Assembly (NCBI GenBank): GCA_964016885.1
Contig: OZ024749.1
Location: forward strand, 32,364,001 to 32,428,000
Reading direction: 5' to 3'
Length of the DNA stretch: 64,000 nt
From: Eledone cirrhosa
Lineage: Eukaryota
Every line of letters begins with the position of its first letter. Position 1 is the stretch's first letter. Below, one piece after another: positions 27,430 to 39,438 of the stretch. Under the pieces are notes generated by a model that searched no databases, was not told where the DNA came from, and saw only the letters and a program-made list of their open reading frames with translations. Both the position numbers and the translations under genes were made by a program.

Positions 27430-27935
27430 GGGGGCGTTAGATTGGCAGAATCGTTAGTGATTCGGAGATAATGATTTACAGTATTCGATCCACGACTCTG
27501 CGCTCTTTAAGTTCAAACCCTACCAAGGGCAACTTTATATTTCATCCTTTTGGGGTCGATCGATAAAATAAAGTACCAGCTACATTATAGGGTCGATATA
27601 CTAAAGTGCCAGTGACGTATTGGAGTCGATAAAATAAAGTACCAATGACGTATTGGGGGTTGATAAAATAATGTACCAGTCACATATTGGGGTCGATAAA
27701 ATCGACGACGCATTTGAATCGAACCAATAATCTCATTATGTGATCGTCTATTCTATCGTGGCATTATTAGTAAGGGCGGGGGATTGGCAGTATCGGTAGA
27801 GGGTCGGACGATATGATCTGAGTTCAAATCCGGCTGAGGTTAACTTTGCCTTTCATCCTTACGGGGTCGATAAAATAAAGTACCAGTAATGCACTGGGTG
27901 ATTGCTGGCCTTGTGCCAAAAGTAGAAACAATTAT
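27430..27935 (+). mobile_element. S1 SINE pair with ~33-bp tandem sub-repeat
   Basis: GTCGATAAAATAAAGTACCA-like unit repeated 4-5 times at 27553-27700. Confidence 0.7.
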
Positions 27936-28308
27936 TAGTAACAAAAGGATACACTTATATAAACATACACGAAATCTCATTATGTCTGAGTCTACAGTGA
28001 AATAATTAGTGACAAAAAGATACACATATAAGCATATACAAAATGGCGACCAATTATTACTTCGAAAGTGAAAGTGAAAGTAAAGATAAGAGAAATTTAG
28101 CGGGAAATATATATCCGAAGGCAGTTTTAGGTTGGTTTTCTGTTGAAGGAACGGTGTGAGGCATACTGTGCGGTATAGTATTGCTAAATTACTGTCATAT
28201 TACTTGGAAATAAATATATTTCTGAATACCTAACACAATAACGCTGAGAATGAACATATACAATTGGTGAGAAAGAATATATATGTACATATGTACACAC
28301 ACGTACAC

Positions 28309-28391
<83 letters not shown>

Positions 28392-28399
28392 CATATTTA

Positions 28400-28568
28400 T
28401 ACACACATAAATACATAAATATACGCACACATAAATATATATATATATATACATCATATATAAATAGATATATATTTATACACACATAGACACACACACA
28501 TAAATATATATATATATATACATTATATATAAATAGATATATATTTATACACACATAGACACACACAC

Positions 28569-28612
<44 letters not shown>

Positions 28613-28653
28613 TATAAATAGATATATAGTTATACACACATAGACACACACAC

Positions 28654-28691
<38 letters not shown>

Positions 28692-28781
28692 TATAAATAG
28701 ATATATATTTATACACACATAAATATATATATATATATATATACATCATATATAAATAGATATATATTTATACACACATAG

Positions 28782-28831
<50 letters not shown>

Positions 28832-29016
28832 TATAAATAAATATATATTTATACACACATAGACACACACACATAAATATATATATATATATATACACAT
28901 CATATATAAATAGATATATATATTTATACACACATAGACACACACACATAAATATATATATATATATATATATATACACATCATATATAAATAGATATAT
29001 ATTTATACACACATAG

Positions 29017-29051
<35 letters not shown>

Positions 29052-29101
29052 CACATCATATATAAATAGATATATATTTATACACACATAGACACACACA
29101 C

Positions 29102-29147
<46 letters not shown>

Positions 29148-29205
29148 TATAAATAGATATATATTTATACACACATAGACACACACACATAAATATATAT
29201 ATATA
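28400..29205. repeat. Minisatellite, ~60-bp unit built around variable (TA)n
   Basis: CATCATATATAAATAGATATATATTTATACACACATAGACACACACACATAAA repeated about 12 times. Confidence 0.9.
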
Positions 29206-29348
29206 TATGCATGCAGAAAAAAATTACGTTGGAGATTCCATTAGCAAAATCTGTCAAATTCAAATTGTCATTGTAGAGATTTACACGCACATACAGATAC
29301 ACTCCCTTCACACAACTTGATGTGTGGAGGAGAGAGAGGGGGGGCAGA

Positions 29349-29380
<32 letters not shown>

Positions 29381-29422
29381 TGGACAGATAGAGAGAGGGG
29401 TACATATACAGAGAGACAGAAT

Positions 29423-29495
<73 letters not shown>

Positions 29496-29599
29496 GTGAG
29501 CAGTGGAAATAAAAGAAATTTGAATGAGAAACGAAATGGGGTAACACAAAATACAAAGGAACGTACTAAGACGGCAACTAACTGGTTCATGAAGAACAT

Positions 29600-29611
29600 A
29601 GAAGATAATGA

Positions 29612-29667
<56 letters not shown>

Positions 29668-29767
29668 AAATGGGAAGAAAAAAGAGAAGGAAAAATGAAG
29701 GAAAAAGGGAAAAAGAAGGAAAGAAAGAAAGGAAAGAAAGAAAGGAAAAAGAAAAAGCAGGAAAAAA

Positions 29768-29824
<57 letters not shown>

Positions 29825-29912
29825 GAGGAAAAGGAAAGAAAGAAAATGGGAAGTAAAAAGAGAGAAAGGGAAAAAACGAAGGAAAAGGGGAAAAAGAAGG
29901 AAAAAGGAAGAA

Positions 29913-29955
<43 letters not shown>

Positions 29956-29960
29956 GAGTG
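29600..29960. repeat. (GAAA)n polypurine tract
   Basis: Direct inspection. Confidence 0.9.
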
Positions 29961-30290
29961 GTAAAGAAAGAGAGCCAAAATGTAATTGAAGTTAGGTTTG
30001 AGTTTGTAAAGAGCAACAAGATACGTAATAGAATAAAACAATTTAAGTGATTTCTTTTCCATTTCCGTTCCTCCTTGGGGAGATTCACCAGACAAAGGGA
30101 GAGAATATGGAAAACACTGTAATACAATTACTTTAGTGATGTGCTACTGAAGTAAAGAATTAAAGAGTTGCTCATTTACTTCAGCCATTATTTATACTTC
30201 GCTTACTTTCGTTAGTGGGGGAAGCTGCGGGCGGTGGTATTGAAGAGATGAGAATAAGAAAGGGGAAAAAACCTTTATATATATATATAT

Positions 30291-33200
30291 ATTCAGTTAT
30301 TAGGAGTATTCCAAAGCTTGGTAAAACAAGTTGTGAGGAAGTTCTCAACATACGTTAAGGTGACTCGACAGGTTGGTAGGGATTCTGTAGTGGAAACACG
30401 AACAAACGAGGAGTGTAATCAAAGAAGAGAAATAGGACGAAGGTAAACAGTTACAAAAGAATTTAATCCACGTATTAACAATTGTTTCATCAGAATTTCA
30501 GTCCATTATTGCTACACTATGTTATAATAGGCAATCAAGAAAGATACTGTAGCATCCGAATTTTCAAATTACAAAGTTGGAATGACCTTAGGAAATGAAA
30601 TAAGGGGTAGTAGTGTAAGATAGAGGAACAGAGAGAGAGAGGGGCAAAAGAGAGGGAGAGAGAGAGAGAAAAGGGATGGAGGTAGGGAGAGAAAGAGATA
30701 GTGTGATGTGAGAGGATTTGTATAGGGAGGGGGAGGAGGGTTGTGTGCTAAAAGTTGTGATGAGTAGAGGGAGAGAGAAGGAAGATAGAATTTTAAGAGG
30801 CATTTGGAAGTGGACAGGCGAAAGTCTTACCAGAGAACAGATGAAGGAAGAAAGTATTAAATTTCATATATAGTCTATTTTTAGGGGTGTAGAATTGTTA
30901 TTTAGGGTAGAAAGATAGGTAGTGTTAGGATTTGGTTGAAGGTTTGAAGTGTGAGAATTTCGCTTTCAGTTTATGCGGGCAAAAAATTGACCTTTCAATT
31001 TTGTTGTTGAGTAGTTGGTGGCTTGAGCTTAGGATATGGAAGAGCTCATTATTACACAACGGGCACGTTTTCATCCCACTCCGGTATGGAGGAGCATGTG
31101 AGAGTTTGGTCCATTTAAGTGTGCATTGTCGGTTACTCCCTTTTAAGTGTCAAATTTTGTCGGCGAGAGTCGTTACGTAACGGTATTGGTGGTGCTTTAT
31201 TGCGTAACGATGCGTGTACCAACGAGTTTTGAAGGTGTTTGCAGTGCTGCCTATGTAGTGCCAGGTTTGGTTGTCAAAACCAACAAGCTTCATAAAGACA
31301 TGGATACCTTTCTAAACAAGCTGCGCACCACTAACGGGATTATTGTCAAAGCGGATAAAACATCTAACGTGTACACAATGGACATTAATACTTACCACGA
31401 CCTTATACGAAAGGAATTACATAAAAAATATAAGAAAACCAATAACAAAGCACTACTTAACATCAACAAACAAGCACACCTTATTGTCAAAAGTCTAGAA
31501 CTTGAAGATAGAACTGAGCCCATGACAACTTGCACCCCCACCTTTAATCTTAAGGACCACAAATTAGATTTCCTAGATAAACCCACTATTAGATTAATAT
31601 GCCCATCTAAGTCAGACATAGCTAAAATTAGCAAGCATATTTTAGATAGAATAATAATACAATTAAGGAATAAACTAGTTATTAAACTTTGGGACAATAC
31701 TAGCGACACAATTAAATGGTTTAATAGTATAGATAACAAAAATACCTCTAACTTTATACAATTCGACATTAATGACTATTACTCCTCCATATCACCCGAT
31801 ACTCTAAACAAGGCACTAGAATTTGCGAAAGCCAACTCTGACTTAACCGACGACGAAACAAACATTATCCTAGCAGCTAGAAAGACGATAATTAAATTTG
31901 AAAATAACTTTTGGATACGTAAGGATAGAATAGATAACTTTGACATAACTATGGGTGCTAATGACTCAGCACAAGTTACGGATATTGTTGGTATATACAT
32001 AGCCCACACCTTACATAATAAAGTTAGTTACCTTCAAGGCGGAATATATAGAGATGACGCTCTCCTATTAGTTAAAAACATGAATAAATAAAACATAGAA
32101 TGAACCCGTAAGAGCATTAGAAGAACCCTAGATAGCATTGGCCTTAAAATCATCTACAAATATAGTACCAAAGTAGTTAACTTCCTAGATGCCACCTTCA
32201 ACCTCAACACCCAAATTATCACACCCTTTCACAAAAACAATGAGAACCTCACCTACATCCACACTAGCTCTAACCACCCACTATCTATTATAAAGTTCGT
32301 GCAACATAGTATATCACTTAGAATATCCCGCCTCTCATCTAACCAACAAATATTCGATCAACACGCTGAATACTACAACACTGCATTAGAACGGGCTGGC
32401 CACACCGACAAACTAGAATACATGGACCCACACAACCATAAAACACATAACCACAGACACGCCAAACGCCCCACAAATACCCGCACACACGCACCTAGAC
32501 CCCCTAATACTAACCACACCACAAATACAACAGCAACATCAAAGGAAAGCAGAACACGGAGTAGATCTTACATTTGGTATAATCCTATTTTTAACTCTTC
32601 TATTAGCTCTAACTTACCTACCACATTCTACAAAATTATAAAAAAACACTTTCCAAATTCACATAAATATAGTAGTATACTTAATACCAAAACAATTAGA
32701 CTATCTTATTCCACTGCACCAAACCTAGACGCACACATTAAGATGCTCAACGCCAAAAAACTCCGTAACAACAACACCCCAATCACTCAACACAATAATA
32801 CACCTAATACACAACCGCCCACTAACAATCAGTATGCACAAAACACACTCACACACACATCCCAGCCCACCTATAACTCCACCACTGCCCATAACAGAAA
32901 TTATAATTGCCACCTTCCAGAGACTTGTCCATTGAATAACGAATGTTTGCATTCAAACAGGTGCTCGGTTGAGTCGGGCAACCAAACCTGGCACTACATA
33001 GGCAGCACTGCAAACACCTTCAAAACTCGTTGGTACACGCATCGTTACGCAATAAAGCACCACCAACACCGTTACGTAACGACTCTCGCCGACAAAATTT
33101 GGCACTTAAAAGGGAGTAACCGACAATACACCCTTAAATGGACCAAACTCTCACATGCTCCTCCATACCGGAGTGGGATGAAAACGTGCCCGTTGTGTAA

Positions 33201-33834
33201 TAATGAGCTCTTCCATATCTTAAGCTCAAGCCACCAACTACTCAACAACAAAATTGAAAGGTCAATTTTTTGCCAGCATAAACTGAAAGCGAAATTCTCA
33301 CACTTCAAACCTTCAACCAAATCCTAACACTACCTATCTTTCTACCCTAAATAACAATTCTACACCCCTAAAAATAGACTATATATGAAATTTAATACTT
33401 TCTTCCTTCATCTGTTCTCTGGTAAGACTTTCGCCTGTCCACTTCCAAATGCCTCTTAAAATTCTATCTTCCTTCTCTCTCCCTCTACTCATCACAACTT
33501 TTAGCACACAACCCTCCTCCCCCTCCCTATACAAATCCTCTCACATCACACTATCTCTTTCTCTTCCTACCTCCATCCCTTTTCTCTCTCTCTCTCCCTC
33601 TCTTTTGCCCCTCTCTCTCTCTGTTCCTCTATCTTACACTACTACCCCTTATTTCATTTCCTAAGGTCATTCCAACTTTGTAATTTGAAAATTCGGATGC
33701 TACAGTATCTTTCTTGATTGCCTATTATAACATAGTGTAGCAATAATGGACTGAAATTCTGATGAAACAATTGTTAATACGTGGATTAAATTCTTTTGTA
33801 ACTGTTTACCTTCGTCCTATTTCTCTTCTTTGAT
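30291..33834 (+). mobile_element. Penelope-like retroelement with inverted 5' pLTR
   Basis: 856-bp inverted arms 30418-31273 / 32979-33834, extra 127 nt at 30291-30417, TA runs at both ends, RT-GIY-YIG ORF inside. Confidence 0.93.
31274..33327 (+). pseudogene. PLE reverse transcriptase and C-terminal GIY-YIG endonuclease, 5'-truncated
   Basis: One reading frame with KADKTSN, FIQFDINDYYSSI, FDITMGANDSAQ, IYRDD, VNFLD, SNHP, WYNP, CPLNNECL, YIGSTANTFKTRW and CPLC. In-frame stops at 32089 (TAA) and 32101 (TGA). Confidence 0.93.
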
Positions 33835-34030
33835 ATATATATATATATATATAGGAACCAGTAAGACCCCGACAGCTGAGCTCAAGCCGTTTCGACGGCT
33901 AATTCAGGGGTCTTACTGGTTCCTATTACCCACTCTACTACCTCAAGTATTGAGTACTTTGGTGCGTTATGGTCCACCTGGTTCCTTACCACATTTCCTT
34001 CGTTATATATATATATATATATATATATGC

Positions 34031-34080
34031 CCATTCCGAGCTGAGGATCCGCTAAGGTGAAACAATTGTTCTCGGTATGG
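34031..34080 (+). ncRNA. Minimal type-I hammerhead ribozyme
   Basis: CCATTCCGAG-CTGAGGA-TCCGCTAAGGT-GAAAC-AATT-GTT-CTCGGTATGG, inside a ~75-nt island between (TA)n runs. Truncated homologue on - at 45228-45285. Confidence 0.75.
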
Positions 34081-34144
34081 TGAACTAACTGTTGTGTAAC
34101 CACTTATATATATATATATATATATATATAAATATATATATAGA

Positions 34145-34345
34145 TACGTTATTCCGGGTTGAATCGGAGGTAACCACAATAAGTAAGGTACTCAATACAT
34201 TGCAGAGTATAAAAGTTTTAATATAGATGAGATTCTACAGGACTAGAACTGTTTCATTCTTTAGAAATCATCAGGAATCTCATTCTGATTCCTGATGATT
34301 TCTAAAGAATGAAACAGTTCTAGTCCTGTAGAATCTCATCTATAT
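34145..34345. mobile_element. Fold-back element with CTGATGA...GAAA core
   Basis: Arms 34221-34279 / 34287-34345, extension 34145-34220. Confidence 0.7.
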
Positions 34346-34372
34346 ATAAAAAAAATATATATATAGATATAG

Positions 34373-34429
<57 letters not shown>

Positions 34430-34644
34430 AGTTCGGTAGTCAGTTCGGTTGTGAGTTCGATTCCTGGACCGAGCGATGTGTTATGTCCTTGAGCAAGACA
34501 CTTTGCTCCTTCACGTTGCTCCTTCTACCTGGAGTTGCGACCGATAGATAGTGTTAGCAATTGGAAAGACCAACGGAAACATTGTTTCCTCGGACCGATT
34601 TGACGAAAGTCGATCGACAAATCATATATATATATGTGTGGGTG

Positions 34645-34676
<32 letters not shown>

Positions 34677-34707
34677 TGTATGTATGTATGTATGTATGTA
34701 TGTATGT

Positions 34708-35243
34708 CTCATGGTCGAGTCGTTGGCGACTAAACTGGCAACCCCACCAAGGTTTCTTGGTGAGGAGGGTGACTTTGGACATCCTGCAGGACTAAAAACA
34801 AAACCTGTCAAAGGGAAGAGGAGCTCTTCACTGGGAGAGATGACCCCTTAGCCTTTGTCAAGGCAGAATTCTAGGAGAAGGAAAACTCTGATATAACACC
34901 TGCAACCCTGATGGTATCCAATGATGTTGACTTGTTCTTCTTTTTGGTAAATATCATCTTGGTTAAGAGAGTGAGACTGGATTTGTGCAGTGCCTTTGTT
35001 CACTATAAAATCTTCACGGCACAGGCATTGCTTTGTATCTGGAGATCTCTCTGCACTTGTCTTCACATGGTGCCGTGGGCCCAGCACTATGTGTCAATAA
35101 TTGTCACAAGTGTAGTGTTTGTACCAGAGTTTTCAAGTCGCTGGCTGGACTAAAAAGTCACACTTGTTTAGCGCATCGGTAGGGGTTCTCCTACATGGAT
35201 ATAAAGTAGTGGCCGTACTCGAAAACGAGTTGGCAGCCACCAT
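34708..35243 (+). mobile_element. Non-autonomous RTE-like repeat in (TATG)n
   Basis: Contains CTAGGAGAAGGAAAACTCTGA (motif typical of RTE-clade 5' UTRs), no credible ORF, (ATGT)n tail. Confidence 0.65.
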
Positions 35244-35303
35244 GTATGTATGTATGTATACATATATATGTATGTAATCATATATGTGGGGGGTGTATAT
35301 GTG

Positions 35304-35385
<82 letters not shown>

Positions 35386-35388
<3 letters not shown>

Positions 35389-35720
35389 GGAGGTGAGTTT
35401 TATTGTAGAACAATAAACCAATGCAAATATCGGATAAGTAGCATTCAACAGTTTATTGGACTGGAGTATATATAAGAAGAAATTTAAAGATGGTTAAAAA
35501 GGTTCCATGTACTTTATTATGCGCATTTCAAAAACAAATATCATCCTGGGACGATATTTGCGTTCTCATCAGATAAAACAGTCAACATATGTTGCCTCGA
35601 CACTTTCTTGTTCACAAGTTTTATTTAGGCATCATATGATGTTTCCAAGGATGATATTTGTTTTTGAAATGCGCATAATAAAATACATGGAACATTTTTA
35701 ACCATCTTTTAATTTCTTCT

Positions 35721-35722
<2 letters not shown>
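35386..35722. mobile_element. Diverged family A fold-back element
   Basis: Homologous to 4912-5345. Hammerhead on - at about 35510-35580 with altered but still paired stem II. Confidence 0.8.
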
Positions 35723-35763
<41 letters not shown>

Positions 35764-36916
35764 CTGCCAAGACTGGAATTGAACCATCAGCACAGTTGGG
35801 GTATGTCAGACATCAATTTGTTTTATCTAATGAGGACGTACTGAGGAAAGAGCACAGTACCTCTGAAATATATATAATAAAATATGTTTGATCACATGAA
35901 TGTTTATATTTATTAATATTTTGAATTAATATATATATATATATATATATAAATATATACACATATATATAACACACACACATATATATATATATATAAT
36001 ACCTCATGAAATTGTACCATTAACTCATATAATTTGCCTTATATATATATATATATATATATACATACATACATGCATGCATACATACATATAAATACAT
36101 ATATGTTGTGTGTGTTTTGTGTGTGTGTGTGTGTGCGCGTGTGAGTTAAGACCAGTAAAATTAGTTATATCATATATAGATCTACCCTGGAGAGGACATG
36201 GATTCCGCTAGGTTTTAAAATGCCCTAAAAACGTCGTATGTCAATATATCACCCTTACGACTCCACCAGGAGTTATAGGTCCATATATATATGATGGCTG
36301 CAATTATAGAGTTTGGTGCACCTTTAGGCTACGGCCAGTGACTCAAACCTCTAGCATATCCTGAACAAGCAATGCCTGTGCTTTGAATGTTTTTTTTAAG
36401 TAAGGATAGGCCTTGCACTCGACCAATCCCACTCTCTGAGTATCGAAAATACTACCCATACATATATACTTTCGTGCATACATACATAGTAGTAACGGCT
36501 CTCCGTCGGTTACGACGGTGTGTATTCTTGATGATACGATCAACGGAAGAGCCTGCTCGTGAAATTATCGTGCAAGTGGCTGAGTATTCCACAAACATGC
36601 GTACCCATAATGCAGTTATCGGGGATATTCAGTGTCACACAGAATGTGCCAAGGCTGGCCCTTCGAAATGCAGGTACAACTCATTTTTTTGCCAGATGAG
36701 TGGACTGGAACAACGTGAAATAAAGAGTCTTGCTCAAGGGCACAACGCGTCAAGGGGAATCGTACATGCGACCTTTTGATCGTGAGCCGAATACTCTAAC
36801 CACAAAGCCACGCACCTACACATGCATACATACATACATACATACATACATACATACATACATACATACATACATACATACATACATACATACATACATA
36901 CATACATACATACATA

Positions 36917-37527
36917 CATGGTGGCTGCCAATTCGTTTTCGAGTACGGCCACTACTTTATATTCATGTAGGAGAACCCCTACCGATGCGCTGAACGAGTG
37001 TGACTTTTTAGTCCAGCCAGCGACTTGAAAACTCTGGCACAAACACTACACTTGTGACAATTATTGACACATAGTGCTGGGCCCATGGTACCATGTGACG
37101 ACAAGTGCAGAGAGATCTCAAGATATAAAGCAATGTCTGTGCCGTGAAGCTTTTATAGTGAGCAAAGGCATTGTACAAAGCCAGTCCCACTCTCTTAACC
37201 AAGATGATATTTACCAAAAAGAAGAACAAGTCAACATCATTGGATATCATCAGGGTTGCAGGTGTTATATCAGAGTTTTCCTTCTCCTAGAATTCTGCCT
37301 TGACAAAGGCTAAGGGGTCATCTCTCCCGGTGATTTTTGGATGGCCATTGACTCTTAAGAGCTCCTTTGCCCTTTGACAGGCTTTGTTTTTAGTCCTGCA
37401 GGATGTCCAAAGTCACTCTCCTCACCAAGAAACCTTGGTTGGGTTGCCAGTTTAGTCGCCAACGACCCGACCATGAGACAGGCTGTACTGGGATACATGT
37501 TACCAGTAGCACCAACTGGTGACCTGA
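36917..37527 (-). mobile_element. Longest copy of the non-autonomous RTE-like repeat
   Basis: Reverse complement of 34708-35243 with extra 5' sequence, (TACA)n on both sides. Confidence 0.7.
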
Positions 37528-37581
37528 CATACATACATACATACATACATACATACATACATACATACATACATACATACA

Positions 37582-37612
<31 letters not shown>

Positions 37613-38881
37613 GGATCTACAGTTGTATCGTTAACGGCAAACAATGCTCATTCAGGTTTAGATATCTGTTAGGTAGTGGTGGCGGGGACTGCTTCTTTGA
37701 TCTTCTAGTTCTTCTTTTCTTCTTTTGTCTTTGATAATCTGGTTATGTTTAATGTTACGTCGTGTTTAATTTAGAAACACCAGAGTTATTGAACCAGACA
37801 GGTGAGGGAGGGGAGAGAGAGTGGGTGGGGATGGATGGAGGAAGAGTGAGGGAGACAGGTGTGTGGGGGGCGAGAAGAGAGTGGGCGGGTAAGAGGGAGG
37901 AAGGAAGGCAGGAAGGAAGGAAGGAAGGAAGGAAGGAAGGAAGGAAGGAAGGAAGGAAGGAAGGAAGGGAGTGAGGAATGGGGTGAGGGAGACAGGTGAG
38001 GAGGGGGAAGAGAAGAAGAAAAAGAAGGAAAAGAAAAAGAAAAAGAAAAAAAGAAAAACGAAAAAGAAATGTTAACTGAATGTTTACAGTTGGAGGGGGG
38101 GGGGGGGGGGGTCATGTAGGGCGGCGGAAGGGAGAAACATGTGGAATTCCATGTATTATTGGTTAAGCATAGTTACGTCCCTTTACAATCTGAGTTCAAA
38201 TCCCGCTGAGGTTAACTTTGCCTTTCATCCTTACGGGGTCGATAAAATAAAGTACCAGTAATGTACTGGGTAATTGCTGACCTTGTGCCAAAAGTAGAAC
38301 CAATTATTTGTTGCTATTACTTCTGGTTCTAAAATAGATGGCGAAATTCTGAGATTGTTTTTTTTTTTGGCTTCAAAGAATCATTTCCGATTTGGAAGAT
38401 TCTCTTTCATTGTTCTTCGAGAAGCACCACCTTTGTGGTGGTGGTGGTGGTGGTGGTGGTGGTGGCAGTGGTATTTGTGGTGGTGTTTGTGGTGATGATG
38501 GTGCGTGGTGGTGTTTGTGGTGATGATGGTGGTGGTGTTAGTGTGGTAGTATGTGGTGGTGGTGGTGGTGGTGGTGGTGGTACGTGGTGATGGTGTTTGT
38601 GGTGTTAGTGTGGTAGTATGTGGTGGTGGTAGTGGTGGTGGTGCGTGGAGATGGTGTTAGTGTGGTGGGATTAGTGGTAGTTTTTTAAGTCTATCCCTCT
38701 CCAGGCCTTAGTACAGAAGATTTCTCCCAGGGAAGGATAGACAGTGAGAGAGAGGCAAATGCAAAAGAGATATGAAGCAAGAATCGACCCCAGTACGAGA
38801 CTGGTATTCGCTTATCGACCTCGATTCTTGCTCTATAGCTCTTTCTTGACTAACTCCTTAGCCATTAGGCAATGGTGTGCA

Positions 38882-38911
<30 letters not shown>

Positions 38912-38915
<4 letters not shown>

Positions 38916-39294
38916 GGTGTTGGATGCTTAAAGCGTCCGTTTGTGGTAGGCCGTTTGTGCACTCGATGCCCTCGTAGAGCAGAGTATGATATCACAGAAA
39001 AAAAGAGAATCAGTGTTGCGACGAATGGAATTTATTGGAAATATTACAATCGTTTCTCTGGCAACCAGCTCGAGGCGCGGTCGATGTGATGATCGAACCT
39101 GACTCTGAAAATCGCAAGGTCCTCAGATACGTCTTGATTCTACGAAGCAGATTTTCCTGAGGACCTTGCGATTTTCAGAGTCAGGTTCGATCAACACATC
39201 GATCGCGCCTCGAGCTGGTCGCCAGAGAAACGATTGTAATATTTCCAATAAATTCCATTCGTCGCAACACTGATTCTCTTTTCTTCTGTGATAT
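38912..39294. mobile_element. Fold-back element with extended-stem-II hammerhead motif
   Basis: Arms 38989-39126 / 39157-39294, CTGAGGA...GAAAC-GATT-GTA, extension 38912-38988. Confidence 0.75.
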
Positions 39295-39438
39295 ATATAT
39301 ATAACAAAGGAATTGTGGTAAGGAACCAGATGGACCATAACGCACCAGAATACTCAATACTTAGGGTAGTAGAGTGGGAAATAGGAAAAAGTATGACCCC
39401 ATGGGTCATACTTTTTCCTATATATATATATATATATT

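Noticed and set aside
29165-30127. Long Phe/Leu/Ser and Lys/Glu/Arg ORFs
   Set aside because: Derived from (GA)n and (GAAA)n tracts.
31147-31273. N-terminus of the 314-aa ORF as a real PLE start
   Set aside because: It is read-through from the inverted pLTR arm; RT similarity begins after the junction at 31273.
32101-32103. In-frame TGA as selenocysteine, as in Naiad PLEs
   Set aside because: An in-frame TAA lies 12 nt upstream, the endonuclease is C-terminal unlike Naiads, and CGA-to-TGA decay is the simpler explanation.
37400-37527. HDV-like or twister ribozyme at the 5' end of the RTE-like repeat
   Set aside because: I could not build the full pseudoknot by eye, so it is left as a search to run.
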